DNA of 63,593 bases, the filler included, from Lenisia limosa (lineage: Eukaryota; Protista; Breviatea): the NCBI GenBank assembly GCA_001655205.1. It is 13 parts of 13 records of this genome, joined end to end, with 100 filler letters (N's around TTAATTAATTAA, not from the genome) between each part and the next. Parts side by side here need not be neighbours in the genome. Positions count along the whole stretch, not along the records: positions 1 to 2,371 come from LPNZ01002545.1; positions 2,472 to 8,663 come from LPNZ01002182.1; positions 8,764 to 11,961 come from LPNZ01010240.1; positions 12,062 to 14,427 come from LPNZ01000676.1; 9 more parts are not named here. One strand, given 5' to 3'. The position numbers were made by a program, and so were the translations under genes. Position 1 is the stretch's first letter; each line of letters opens with the position of its first letter. Positions 1 through 12,274 of this stretch are shown here, piece after piece. A model generated the notes under the pieces. That model was not told where the DNA came from, did not search any database, and saw only the letters and a list, made by a program, of their open reading frames with translations.

Positions 1-103
1 TGGGGAAACAAGAACTAAGAGGTTATAACAATCTTAAGTGGTACACGATAATACAAAAAAATATATGAAAATAATGGAATGTTATTTATTTTTGATCAGA
101 AGA

Positions 104-467
104 TCACCAACTAACCACAAGTTTCAAGATATCAGCATTCTTCTTGAGCCAATCCTTGGCCCAGTCTTTGCTTGGAGAGTTCTCAGGGGTAGTAGTGCCG
201 AATTCCTTGGCAGTAGTGAAGGCCTGATAGAGAATAAGTGAAGAGAAATATCCACAATAAAAAGAGACCAACAAAATGGATACGATATTCTGACCACCCA
301 CCTACCATCTCTCTCAACTCCGTGGTGTTTGGGTTCTCCCCACGGACAATACGCTCCAAAACAAGTCTTAGAAAGGGGTCAGAGATATCTGGATGGAGAT
401 ATGTTGTGCGTCCAGGTCTTCGCTTGATAGCCCCATTTTTATACTTTGAGACCTGGTTGCGTTTCAC
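104..467 (-). CDS. Hypothetical protein, probable exons
   Basis: Two protein-like minus-strand blocks (GRTTYLHPDISDPFLRLVLERIVRGENPNTTELRE; AFTTAKEFGTTTPENSPSKDWAKDWLKK); no family recognised. Confidence 0.3.
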
Positions 468-1416
468 CTAATCAATTAATAAAAAATCACAAAAAAAAGA
501 CTTTTATCATCAGTGAATACAATTTGCCTCCTTGCGTTGAGGAGATATGCAGCGGTGGACTCGGAAAGGTATTCTAGGACACCTTTGTCCTCCGNNNNNN
601 NNNNNNNNNNNNNNNNNNNNNNNNNNNNNNNNNNNNNNNNNNNNNNNNNNNNNNNNNNNNNNNNNNNNNNNNNNNNNNNNNNNNNNNNNNNNAAAACGGG
701 TTCATAAAGATGACATCAAGATAAGCAAGATTGGGCGATTTTGCCGAATTGAAACTCTTTTTACAGTACAGATATTATCAAAAACTGGATAAAGACAGAT
801 GGAGGCGTACTATAGGAGGAGTTCTAACAAGGGCCAAAGACAAAACCCTCACCTGGTCCTTCAAATCGTCAAAGCGCCGAAGAATTGACATTAATGAAAC
901 TAAATACTATATTTTGATTAACTAGAAGGTGTTTTGCTTGGTAAAAAAAAACAAAAAAAAAGGTGGTCAAAGATCGCTGATCACCAAACTTTTTTTTAAA
1001 AAATAAGTCCCCTGTTTGACCCATTTCCTCATATTTGCCCATTATTTTTCTTCTTTTAACGCAATTATACGATATTTAGAACCATGTTAACATCACATTT
1101 GGCAGTTTCCGACAGAATAAAAAACAATTACGAGTACGATAAATGTTGGACTTAAGTCATTTTTTAGTCTTATTATTGCTTTGTTTTGACGTATTTTTTT
1201 GGAAAAAAACTTGTCCGACGTTGTAGGAAAGAAACAAATCCTTTTTAACAGAAAATATCATCATTCATTTTCTTGAGAGCTGTCGAGGTTTTCCCCCCCT
1301 GTCGAGGTTTTCCCCCCCTGTCGGGGTTTTCCACCCCCACCTATATCATGATTCAGGCTTCCATAGTTTTCCTCAAACTCAAAGTTTGTTCAAAAACTCG
1401 TTTTACTCTCTCGCAG

Positions 1417-2371
1417 ATCCAGCAGCCCCTCAAATGCACTGGGAGAAACCTCCATTGATGAACCCCTTTTCCAGGCAGCTTCCATAGGAATGACTGTAGG
1501 TGTTGTTGTTTTATATAGTTGGTGCTTTATTTCGGATGTCTTATTTGGACAATTTTCTTGGATGAATATCCGTTATTGTGAATGTTGGAGTGTGTTATTA
1601 GTGAGACTGTTTTATTTGAACAGCTGAATGAAACGTTGGGATGGCTTATGGTGTTTCATATGAAGAAATGACTCTACTTGCTTGGGTGTGGCACTGGAGT
1701 CTGCTCTTTTTGTAAATATTGCTTGTTTCCCATTTCCATTCCATCAACCATCCTATCCAATCCTCCTTGTCATCCCTTCAGTACGTACCATGTGTCTGTC
1801 CTCTTGGGGCCTTGGAAGTAGCAAGCTGCCAGTGCTTCCACGGCGCGAACTTCACCGTTGTCGGAACCAGTGAAATCACGGTTATGACAACCACTCACCA
1901 GTATGAATGATTGTTTTTTCTCTCATTTTTCGATCTATTTAGTTTTTTTTAGAATTTAACAATATAATTATTATAAACTGTGATCCCATAAGCAAAAGCA
2001 AACCTGCTTCGGCCAGATTATCTGTATCATACTCACGTTATATTACGCATCTTAATATATTCTCAATCTCCCCCTCAGGTTGGTAACAGTTGGTCATCCA
2101 TTTGAAACTCCGCCTAAAATCGTAATTCAGTCCACTGATGCGGGTAGGAAGGGAGGCGGGTTTGACAAGATGAAATGTTAGAGGGGTTATAACAGTATTA
2201 TACATATATTAAGAGGAAGGCAGTATAACAAAGTGGTCAATTCCGGTTGGAGTAGGTGAATAACACATTTTATCATAGCTCTGGCTGATAAGATGATTTG
2301 CACCTCCTCCCCCATCATCTCGTCTTACCCCCCCACCCCCCCAGGATCTGGTCGACCTGTTACCGTTGAAG
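1417..2371 (+). CDS. Hypothetical, possibly extracellular protein (partial, multi-exon)
   Basis: GT-AG bounded exons including VTVGHPFETPPKIVIQSTDA|GSGRPVTVE and a Cys-containing block CVCPLGALEVASCQCFHGANFTVVG; runs into the scaffold end. Confidence 0.3.
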
Positions 2372-2471
2372 NNNNNNNNNNNNNNNNNNNNNNNNNNNNN
2401 NNNNNNNNNNNNNNNTTAATTAATTAANNNNNNNNNNNNNNNNNNNNNNNNNNNNNNNNNNNNNNNNNNNN
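2372..2471. other. Artificial scaffold spacer
   Basis: 44N-TTAATTAATTAA-44N; stops in all six frames. Confidence 0.97.
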
Positions 2472-2995
2472 TCCGTCCCGGGCTCTGATCATGCTGATCT
2501 CTGTCTTCCTCTTCATGATGCTGGTGTTCTGCCTGGTCAGAGTCTTCGAACGCGTGCGTAACTCTGTGGGGGGGGGGGTAAAACGAAGGAAATATCGATG
2601 AATATTTGTGTAAATGTACTAATCAGGAACCAAATAATCTGAAACTCCAAACAAACCAACGCTAAAACTAGACAAAAGCCAGATGACAAAAGCACAAAAA
2701 CAAATCTGAGGGGGGGGGGTGTTATGTGTTAGGGCTTCCCTACGGTCCGAAAAAGACCAAATATCGATATTTATCGAGAAATTCAGGCTTTTTTGGGACC
2801 GTAGGGAAGCCCTTGGAATGTTATTTTTGTGTTTATTATATATTCCCATATTTTACTCATCTAGCGATGCAAGAAGATTGATCAGTCCCTGGTAGAGATT
2901 GGGGAAATAAGGTAGAGGATTGTTTCTGGCCGAACCGAAGGGAATGGCCTTGCTTTTTTTTTTTTTTACAGTCAATTCTCCTGTGAGTTTGGCTT
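2472..2995 (-). CDS. Hypothetical protein exons (strand ambiguous)
   Basis: Minus reading DKAKLTGELT|GLINLLASLDE|VTHAFEDSDQAEHQHHEEED with an acceptor at 2565-2564; a plus-strand TM-like reading also exists. Confidence 0.25.
2566..2655 (-). repeat. Family D1 intron-terminal element
   Basis: Minus strand TTTGGAGTTTCAGATTATT...TTTCCTTCGTTTTACCCCCCCCCCACAG; homologous to 32740-32830. Confidence 0.75.
2732..2811. mobile_element. MITE family A, subfamily A2
   Basis: TIR GGGCTTCCCTACGGTCC...GGACCGTAGGGAAGCCC. Confidence 0.8.
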
Positions 2996-3659
2996 TGTCT
3001 ACGTGATGGTAGTGTTTAATATAGTGTTTCTTAGTTTTGACAATGGGTGTGTTGTGAGGCTTGTTCATGGATTTGTTTGTATTTCAGCACTTTAACATCT
3101 ATCACAAGTTGGGTACATATTTAGCCAATAATTCTGATCTGATTATCGAGTGGATACGGAGGAGTATTGTTGATTGACGAATAATTTGATGACCGAATAT
3201 TGAAAACACGTAATAGTGTAAATATATGTCTCGAGAGCAAGTGTTTTGCTTCTTAAAATTTGTCCCATGCATAGCGTATCGTAGTTGATATTGAAGGTAT
3301 TGGCAATAACTACAAATTGAAAATCAGTTCACCAGCCCACATAATATTACTTATATATCATATAGTATGTTATGAATTCTCTTTATCCGAAAATTGTATC
3401 TTTTGTCCAAAAATGAAACTCTACCAGTTCACCTAATCTAGTGATAAATATATTTGAAACAAAAGAAAAACGAAAAATATAACTTGGAAACAATTACCAT
3501 ATCCTACCTTACATATTGAGCGTCATGATTTTAGTCAAATCTGTACATGTCATAGCTACCCGCTCCTTCCTGAATTGTCATCAAGTTTTTTTTTTTGGGC
3601 AAGAGAAATAATTTCTAGATATTAAATTAATAGAGCTTCACTGACGGTTAATACACATA

Positions 3660-5717
3660 TTATCTTCCCACTCGGTATTGGACGACTTTTGTTACGGTTC
3701 CACCAGTGGCAGCGACAACAGCAACGGGAAGAAAGTGGTCATCTTGAGGATGCGCCGCTCGACCGTGGGGACTGACAATTAAGTCCTGGGGGGGGGGGGT
3801 GATGGAAGCAAAACGCCCAAAATCAAATCGGTTTGCTTAACATTCTGGAACGGTGTGAAACATCAGTATATTGAGGTTCAAAAGGGATGATAATGATGGT
3901 AATGTCAGCATGCCTACTTGGAGAGCTTTCTTTCTATCCGAGCCAGAAAGGGCAACGGCAGAATCAAAAGCCTTCTCAAAGGGAGCCATATAGGGAACAT
4001 CTCTTTCCTAAAATGGATTAAAATTGTGGAATGTCATTAATATCCCACAATAAAGACATGTAGTAGTAACATACATGTACATGAAGGACCAATTCAAATA
4101 CAATCTCACATACACTGAAGATATCACTGAGGTTGTGAGTGGCCATTCCAGAGCCAATAATAAGGATGTTCTGTTCTCGAAGGCACCGAAGGGCACTACC
4201 AAGTTCCCAGGCTTCATCCACTCCACCGCTCCTGAGCATGCTGACTGACACGACAGGGATGTCCTGATTTATTAATTCAAATACTAAGCTGTAAAATGAG
4301 AGCTCTGGTCAAAATTTCCTAGAAACAGCACCAAACATCGTCAAACAACAGTTAAAAGTGTCTAAGAGACATTTAATTTAGCATTGTTGATACAAAGGCA
4401 AACAAGAGAGGAATAATGTCAAAAACAACCAAAATTGACCAAATACAATTCGACATCATTCCTACCATTGAAGGGTTGGCAACTTTCAGAGGCATCCAAA
4501 TTCCATGGTCTCTTCCCCCATCGTAAGAATCAGCATTCAATCCTTGGGTGGTAAATGATGTTACAAAAGACATTTAGTCTATTAATTCATATATATACAG
4601 TATGTATAGTATATATAAATGATGTTAGGTAGTATAGTTTCAGTCAGCCTACCATTGGTTTTAAGTAAGGAAATAATATCATGTCCAAGGCTTGGGTTAC
4701 CTGGAAGTTAGTGAGAGTAGAAAAGCTTTGCTTATATTCAGTATCTGTAATTCATTAATATAATATGTGAATGGCTTTTATGAATCCCAAATATATTTAC
4801 ATAGGGTATAAAAGGGCTAAAGAGTTCACCAACGTACCCGGTGAAGTGAACTGCATTTGGTACAGCTCAGACGGGAACCCGCCAAAGTCATAGATCGTGG
4901 AAGGAGCATCACTTGTTGACACCTAATGAGGGTGATGGAAGACAACTGAAGATATTTTAAAAATAAGAGCATATATTTGATCAAATAATGTCCTTGAAAA
5001 ATAAATACACGTTATCGACAGAGAATGTCTGTGAAATGTTAGGAAATATTAAATTCATCAAGTTAGGACTATATAGTGTGCACAGAGCTGTAAGACAAAT
5101 GACTGCGTCATGGTGTGGACAGCTTCGGTCAGATACATCTTTATTGTTATTTCTCATTGCTATGTAGTATATTGGTCTTGCAATATCCCAAGTAGGCTGT
5201 GTTACTAATCATACCTTATACGATCTTCCAAGGAAGTGCCCAGAAACAATAACAATGGCCTATAGATGGTGAGAAGGCAGAAGTAATATTGGAATGAAAA
5301 AATAATAATGGAGTGTTTGATCAAAGACTTCCTCCTACAGCCTTGACATTTACCCACTTACCGAAGGTACACGGGGGAGGGTTGATATCATCTTCTTAAA
5401 GTACCTAATTGACAATGAGAAACACCAAATTGTGAGAAATGAGAACATTGAGAATTCGATCAATATTTTTGGGATTTGATGACATGTAAATGCCAAGCCT
5501 CTTGTATTAGCATCAATTCTACGCTTTAATTTTGTTAATAAATACAGTAAACAATCTGGGGGGATTCCTGGGCAAAGTAAAACAGGACATTATTACGACA
5601 TCATATGTTATCTGAAATGATATAACTCAAAACTCCCGCCAACTTAGTTGCCGGGTGTGCAGACTGAAGGGCTGTCATAGGGCTTCCATGTGATAAAAAA
5701 ATAGCCGGCTGTGACAT
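3660..5717 (-). CDS. DODA: Extradiol ring-cleavage dioxygenase, LigB/4,5-DOPA dioxygenase family, complete and multi-exon
   Basis: Spliced motifs MSQPAIFLSHGSPM, AIVIVSGHF, PSTIYDFGGFPSELY, RDHGIWMPL, LGSALRCLREQNILIIGSGMATHNL and AHPQDDHFLPV; ATG at 5717, TAA at 3662-3660. Confidence 0.92.
3788..3845 (-). repeat. Family D2 element forming the acceptor of the last DODA intron
   Basis: Minus strand ...GATTTGATTTTGGGCGTTTTGCTTCCATCACCCCCCCCCCCCAG|GAC. Confidence 0.6.
5065..5165. mobile_element. Family B dispersed element, internally deleted copy
   Basis: GTGTGCACAGAGCTGTAAG tail joined directly to ATGGTGTGGACAGCTTCGGTCAGATACA..TTTCTCATTGCTAT; lies in a DODA intron. Confidence 0.7.
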
Positions 5718-6086
5718 AATTATTGTATTTTGGGGATTTTCGGGAGCTAAATAAAGGGGTGAAGCTAGCGTTATCAAGATCAGTCAGAGTCTTAGGCTAA
5801 GAGTGATCTTGGGAGGGAAGGCAGATTTTGTTGAAGGGTTAGCTATATTCTGTTGTACTCTTAATATTACAATTATTAGGACGTAGGGTGGAGTACTGCT
5901 TAAATAGGAAGGTAAGTGACAAAATGGCGTGTGGAATGTCGAATTACGAAATTAATGCTCCTCACTATTTAAAGTGGTTTTCTCCTGTCAAAATCCCTTA
6001 TTAAGCATATTTTTATGTTAACTAGATAATTTAAAGGGCATATTGGTAGTATTCCAGATTTAATATATTGTCTTCTTAACGAAACC

Positions 6087-7265
6087 ATGGACTCTACTTC
6101 AAGGAGGCGCCCAGTCCCTCGAAAGCCCGAATGGAACATGAACACGCGAACTTCAAGCTATTTTAACCCGCCTCCTCCGCTCCTCTACTCCATTGGCAGC
6201 ATCTACGAAGATCTTCCCCCAAAAGCCGTTGAGAAGCCCAAGGCCACCCACGCTCCAAAACAAGCAAAGAATCGTGTTCCTTCGCGTAAGCCTATCAAAA
6301 AGCTGATTGGTGGTAGTAAGCCAGTCGCAAGGAAGACAGCTCCCTCTAAACCCCTCCCTCCAAAGCCGAAACAACATGTTGAAGAAGCCGTTAAGGAGTC
6401 CCCAACTAAAGAGATTGTTGAACAGGCTGTGGAAGAGGCTAAGCCGATTGGAAGAGAAAATGATCCCCACGAAGAGATGTTGGAAGCCACTCCCGTAAAA
6501 ACCAGTCGTTTTAGCGCAGTTGGCGTGGAGACGTCACCTCTTGTTACATCGTCCGTGGCAACATCGCCGTTTGCTCATGTGGATTCAGGGCTGAATGTCA
6601 GCCAGAACAGCCAACAGAGTCAGCAGTCAGTTCATTGTGAGGGGTGTTATGTTGATAAAGGGTGAGGAGAGTTGCCTTTATTTTAAACAGCTTTCTCATA
6701 ACTCTCAAGGCATTTACCTCATCCCACAGATCATGAAGCTGACGAACCTCTCGAGCCTCTCCAAAAAGATGTCAGCACCCCTGTTTCAGCTCGACCAATC
6801 ATTGGTGGGAGGGTATTCGAAAATCAATTGGGTGGGTTGGGAGGGTTGGATTCATCAATTTTACCTGAAATGAGTGTGGCATGAAATGGATGTATTTAAT
6901 GAGAATTAATCATTTCACGGAACAGAAGGAGATAGTGACTATTCTTTTAACCGTATTTTGAGTTGATAAATAGTACTCAAGCATAACAGCTCGGTTATCA
7001 TTCCACGGGACTAATGCTGACGAGTTTAGAATCTCTCCCTCTTGACTGTGTGAATCCTCTTACAGAAGACATTATTGACTACTTGCTAGGTGGGGAAGGG
7101 GAGGTTGATTAAAGTATAAGACATTATATCGGTATATAATACATGTACGTTTATCACTGTTTTTTTTTTTTTTTCATATGATATGTATATATATGTATAT
7201 CCACAGATTTTGATCAGAGTACTGTGTTCTTCTTTTTTCTTCTCCAAATAACTGGCTGTGTTTGA
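6087..7265 (+). CDS. Hypothetical Pro/Lys/Glu-rich, largely disordered protein
   Basis: 192-codon first exon, followed by in-frame spliced exons (DKG|HLPHPTDHEADEPLE..; GYHSTGLMLTSLESLPLDCVNPLTEDIIDYLL); divergent from DODA; 3' end uncertain. Confidence 0.45.
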
Positions 7266-7399
7266 ACCTACCTGGATAAATGTCATGTGTTTTTTAATGA
7301 TTTAAAGACCCTCAATATCTGAACCTAATATTAGTTTGTATTTGTGTTATGAAATATTTTTGTCTGTTGGCCTGCTTTGTTTGTTGTTTTCAGCCCTTT

Positions 7400-7473
7400 G
7401 TGTTTTTAGCCAACAGGGTTAATTTTGGGCTCTTTGTTTCATACAATTTTAAATTTACCCCCCCCCCCCTTAG
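7400..7473 (+). repeat. Family D2 element at an intron acceptor
   Basis: TTAGCCAACAGGGTTAATTTTGGGCTCTTTGTTTCATA...TTTACCCCCCCCCCCCTTAG|. Confidence 0.7.
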
Positions 7474-8520
7474 GCGATACAGTAGATCTTCTGAACACTC
7501 TCGAAAAGCTCCAGCCGCATCCCGTCACAGAGCCTCCGATGGAGACCCTGTGTTTTGGACCTGGGTCTACAGTACCTTGTCACCACCCCGCACCGCCCGT
7601 ATCTCTTCCCCCGTTCTTCTCTCACACTCAGGTGGGAGGTGGATTACTCAGACAGTTGTTTTTTTAATATGAGAAGATCATTCGTATTAATAAACTCAGA
7701 CACGATGTTTATATCAATATTTTACTAATCTGATTTCGGACAAAACTAAAGGAAAGGATCGTTGATAAATATCGTAACTCTGTAATTGAAATGATGTCGA
7801 TATGTTCCTTCTCTTGTTTCCGAACAAAGGTGACAAATAAATATTGATATTTCTCTGAAGTTTCACTCGCACACAGGCCGCCATCCCACCAATGCCCGTC
7901 ATGTACCCCTGTCAGCCCCCCCAGGAACAATTAGTCTGTACCTGTCATCTTGGAACTGCTGCGGCAGCACCACAACATCCCGTTTATCATCGGCAAGCCA
8001 CAGCGTACCCCCAGCAATATGAAGTCTCCCACCCCGTACCGCCCTCTGTTTATCCACATCAGCAACATCCCAACCCACTCCCCGCGCAGCCTGTCATCCA
8101 ACATTCCCACCCAAGTCAACAGGTTGTCCCGGGTGCCGCCACCACGGATGTGGAACTTGTCACCACCGCCGCCGGCTCGGATTCGGCTATTGAAGGTGTC
8201 GAGAAAAATACACAGACTAAGACAAGGTGAGGGGGCAAGTTGGAAATTTTGGTTAAAGGGGAAAAGAGGGTCTGATAAAAAAATACGGTGATATTTTAAC
8301 TTTTTTTATCCTTTTCTGCATATTTACTATAGATTTCTCATTATTGTACCGTGATGGTGTGGACGGCTTCGGCCAGTACAACCGTGTTTTTTATCAAATT
8401 TCACATGATATTGCAATCCGTTACTATACCAGAAGACGAGCCACCATCTTCTGGACAGGTCCTCAAGCATCTCGCGATGCTACAGAGCGACTAATGAAAT
8501 ACACTAGCAAAATGCTTCAG
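7474..8520 (+). CDS. Hypothetical Pro/Gln/His-rich protein (partial)
   Basis: Exons 7474-7632 and about 7876-8225 join in frame (FFSHTQ|AAIPPMPVMYPCQPPQ). Confidence 0.4.
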
Positions 8521-8543
8521 TGGGGGGGGGGTCAATGTACACA

Positions 8544-8587
8544 CAGTGACCAGGGATTCATTAGGTCAAGACTTATCCCGGTCACTG
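8544..8587. mobile_element. MITE family C, short copy
   Basis: CAGTGACC...GGTCAAGACTTATCCCGGTCACTG. Confidence 0.65.
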
Positions 8588-8663
8588 TATATATTTATAC
8601 ATCTAGTATACTATATACTATATATGATATATATATTATGTATATATACTATATATTTTTATA

Positions 8664-8763
8664 NNNNNNNNNNNNNNNNNNNNNNNNNNNNNNNNNNNNN
8701 NNNNNNNTTAATTAATTAANNNNNNNNNNNNNNNNNNNNNNNNNNNNNNNNNNNNNNNNNNNN
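8664..8763. other. Artificial scaffold spacer
   Basis: 44N-TTAATTAATTAA-44N. Confidence 0.97.
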
Positions 8764-9777
8764 CCCCTCCATGCCTGGAGTGGCTACTTCCGTTCTCGGG
8801 GCCGTGTTGCCCCCGTTTTCAAGAGTTGTCGACATCGCCATGAGCCCGCCCCTTTCCCCAGGGTAGTGGGACGTTCAAAGCAAATGTAACATGAATATTT
8901 AGAGCAGGGACAAATGAATTACATATATGACGTCACAGTACGTAACTAGTTAATCCTATCGGTCCGTAAGGACTGAAATACTTGATAAATGTCGCTATGT
9001 TATCGATATTTCTCGGGTATGTTTTTTTTTCTTTTTTGTTTGTTTGTTTTTCAGAAATGTTCCATCTTTAGAGTGATAGAATGNNNNNNNNNNNNNNNNN
9101 NNNNNNNNNNNNNNNNNNNNNNNNNNNNNNNNNNNNNNNNNNNNNNNNNNNNNNNNNNNNNNNNNNNNNNNNNNNNNNNNNNNNNNNNNNNNNNNNNNNN
9201 NNNNNNNNNNNNNNNNNNNNNNNNNNNNNNNNNNNNNNNNNNNNNNNNNNNNNNNNNNNNNNNNNNNNNNNNNNNNNNNNNNNNNNNNNNGTGGTGACAG
9301 CAAACCATTACACCTATACGGCCCAACTTGGACCCTTCAAATCATGTGGGGCGGTGCGTTTTATATAACACAAAAATATATATGACATATCATATGATAG
9401 AATATATCATATATATGAGATTTATAGTGAGTTATAGTGTCATATACGCTATTTTTGGCATCAAATTATGAATACATAATATATAATGTAGTACATATGA
9501 TATATTATATCCATACCCCATAGGGATATGTCTGAGCACAGAAACGACCGAAAATAAATCGATAAATATCAATATTACCGGCTTTTTTGGAACGAGGTGA
9601 AGTACCAGAGATATAATACCCGTTAGCTGCTCCCTCCTCCTCTGATTTGGAGAACTAGGAACCCTCCTTATGCCAATGTAGTTGCTCCCTCCTCCCTCTG
9701 CACTGCCGCGGAAGTTTCGGCTGGTTTCCACGCGACAATACTGGAATCGTGAGCGGTGGTTTCGATTGTACAACGAA

Positions 9778-9871
9778 GGTTTCACTTCGGTTCAAAGAAA
9801 GACTGAATTCTCGATATATCCTCGAAAACTATCGATATTTTATCGATCTTTTTCAAACCAAAGTGAAGCGC
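9778..9871. mobile_element. MITE family A
   Basis: Degenerate TIR GGTTTCACTTCGGTTC...AAACCAAAGTGAAGCGC. Confidence 0.7.
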
Positions 9872-10052
9872 TTGCTATAAGCAGGGCTTCTCTTCGGCTA
9901 CCAAACACTATCACCCCCCCATACAATCGTCGATAAATACAATGGCTCCGTGGAGTTAATTTCCTCAAAATAAATTGCACATAGCCCTAATACATACCAT
10001 TATTTTGTCAGTCTTTTGGAGCGGACAGTGATGTTCTTCTCAATATACTATA

Positions 10053-10123
10053 CAGTGATCGGGATAAGTCTCGACCTTTTAGAAATCACATAGCAAATTG
10101 GTCTAGACTTATTCCAGTCACTG
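10053..10123. mobile_element. MITE family C
   Basis: CAGTG-starting TIR of about 28 bp, TA on both sides. Confidence 0.8.
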
Positions 10124-10827
10124 TATATTTACTGCAATTTCTGACTAACACTCGCCAGAGGAAGCCTACATTATTTGAACACCCGAGAAGATGATGAGGA
10201 TGATGAAGAAGGAGAGGAGAATAACAAGAATTTCAGTGGGGGGGGGGGGGGNNNNNNNNNNNNNNNNNNNNNNNNNNNNNNNNNNNNNNNNNNNNNNNNN
10301 NNNNNNNNNNNNNNNNNNNNNNNNNNNNNNNNNNNNNNNNNNNNNNNNNNNNNNNNNNNNNNNNNNNNNNNNNNNNNNNNNNNNNNNNNNNNNNNNNNNN
10401 NNNNNNNNNNNNNNNNNNNNNNNNNNNNNNNNNNNNNNNNNTATGTCTGTAAAGCAAATGATTGGTTGAATTATGTTGTCAATTAGCCAAGAATAATCCG
10501 TCTGAGGACCAATGCCACCCCCTCGCAGCTGTTGATCAGCGTTTTCTTGGAGGTAAAAATAATAAAACAAAATTAAAACAGAGAAAACAGATTCTTTAAC
10601 CTTACCTGCTCCATAGCTAGATACAGCGGAAAGGTTCCGTTGGTGAACGTCACCTTTGGGTGGAACTGAGAGAAGGTCCCCTGAGCGCACGAATCCACCA
10701 CTGACAAGAAGGTCACTTTTTATCCACTCCCTGGAATACCTTTGATTCCTAATCTGGTCAACAACACAACATCGAGGCGCCACGATAGAACGACTGCAAT
10801 CCAATCTGGTTTGTTGACTCACAACTA

Positions 10828-10926
10828 GGGCTTCACTTCAGTTCGAAAAAAGACTGAAATTTTCGATAAATAATCCTCGAAAATTATCGATATTTTACTG
10901 AAATTTTTCGAACCGAAGTGCAGCCC
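10828..10926. mobile_element. MITE family A
   Basis: TA-GGGCTTCACTTC...GAAGTGCAGCCC-TA. Confidence 0.85.
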
Positions 10927-11202
10927 TAATCGCAACTGCTGTTCACAGAATGAACATGAGAATGAATATAACTAAATAGTAAAAGTGCACAATTCACTTA
11001 CAGGAGCATCATTCCTCAGAACAGCCCAGATGGTTTTGAATTTGAGAAGCTGGTGAATAATACAAATACAGGTGCTGTTATTGCAGTGGGCTTCTAAACA
11101 AACACCCTCACCAATATGAAGAATTCTGCGAGGTAAAAATAGTTAACTGAAATAATCTTCTTATTCTTTTTGCTGAAATGGGAACTGTGTTTTCCTCCAA
11201 CC

Positions 11203-11577
11203 TTAGTAAAACAAGTTGGCGTCCCAATTCCAGAAAACTTGATACCATGATAAATAGAACCAAACATGGTCGATGTTAATATATTTGTTAGCACACTGCT
11301 TACAAACCACCACTTCTGCAACCTTCTCTACAATCACTTCAGGTTCCTTCTCTACAATCACTTCTGCAACCTTCTCAGCTCTTTCAGAACAGTTCTTTTT
11401 GACAGTTCTTCTTTTTCTATCAGCTAGAAGCTTGTCAAGCGGCAAATACGCAAGTCCACACTGGAAGGGAAACTCAACAGTAACCACTTTAGCTACTTCC
11501 CCAGTGAGATGCAGTGCAAAACTGGCGAGGTGCAACGAGGGGTCAGAGGAGTGACACGGCATAATTTTCCATTCCAA
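11203..11577 (-). CDS. Hypothetical protein exon
   Basis: Open frame with charged, repetitive KVAEVIVEKEPEVIVEKVAEVVV; no family recognised. Confidence 0.25.
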   Translation of the reverse strand: MEWKIMPCHSSDPSLHLASFALHLTGEVAKVVTVEFPFQCGLAYLPLDKLLADRKRRTVKKNCSERAEKVAEVIVEKEPEVIVEKVAEVVVCKQCANKYINIDHVWFYLSWYQVFWNWDANLFY

Positions 11578-11636
11578 CCTCGGCTTAAAGTCTTTTTTTA
11601 CGTGGAATTTTCTAATGTTCCCAGTGTATTCTCTTA

Positions 11637-11732
11637 GGGCTTCACTCCGGTTCGAAAAAAGATTGAATTTCTCGATAAGTCCTCGAAAACTATTGGTATT
11701 AAGCCAGTCTTTTTTGAACCGAAGTGAACCCC
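11637..11732. mobile_element. MITE family A
   Basis: TIR GGGCTTCACTCCGGTTCG...GAACCGAAGTGAACCCC. Confidence 0.8.
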
Positions 11733-11827
11733 AATCCCAGTGTAATATATTTTTGTTTTTGTTTTCTGATCGTATTACAACTAATTTTTTATCATCTTAT
11801 TTACTTCAAACTTTCGATTTTTTTTTT

Positions 11828-11925
11828 GGGATTCACTTCGGTTCGAAAAAAACCTGAAAAATATCTATAGTTTTCGAGGATTTTTCGACAAATTCAGTCT
11901 CTTTTTTTTGAACCGAAGTGATTCC
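11828..11925. mobile_element. MITE family A, degenerate
   Basis: GGGATTCACTTCGGTTCG...GAACCGAAGTGATTCC. Confidence 0.75.
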
Positions 11926-11961
11926 TTAATTATTTTTCTAGTCTTATTCCTTAGAACTTTC

Positions 11962-12061
11962 NNNNNNNNNNNNNNNNNNNNNNNNNNNNNNNNNNNNNNN
12001 NNNNNTTAATTAATTAANNNNNNNNNNNNNNNNNNNNNNNNNNNNNNNNNNNNNNNNNNNN
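11962..12061. other. Artificial scaffold spacer
   Basis: 44N-TTAATTAATTAA-44N. Confidence 0.97.
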
Positions 12062-12159
12062 TGCACACGGGTTAACCTTGCCATTCCAAATTATTTATAG
12101 CAATGATATAAAAAACAAGGTTATATCTGGTCGAAGCCTCCTATTTAGGTATCTCCCTA

Positions 12160-12254
12160 GTGCTTCACTTTGGTTCGAGAAAGTCCAGAAAATATCGATA
12201 GTTTTCGAGGTTTTATCGAAAAATTCAGTCTTTTTTCGAACCGAAGTGAAGCCC
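12160..12254. mobile_element. MITE family A
   Basis: TA-GTGCTTCACTTTGGTTCG...CGAACCGAAGTGAAGCCC-TA. Confidence 0.85.
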
Positions 12255-12274
12255 TATACCTCCCTCCCCCACCC

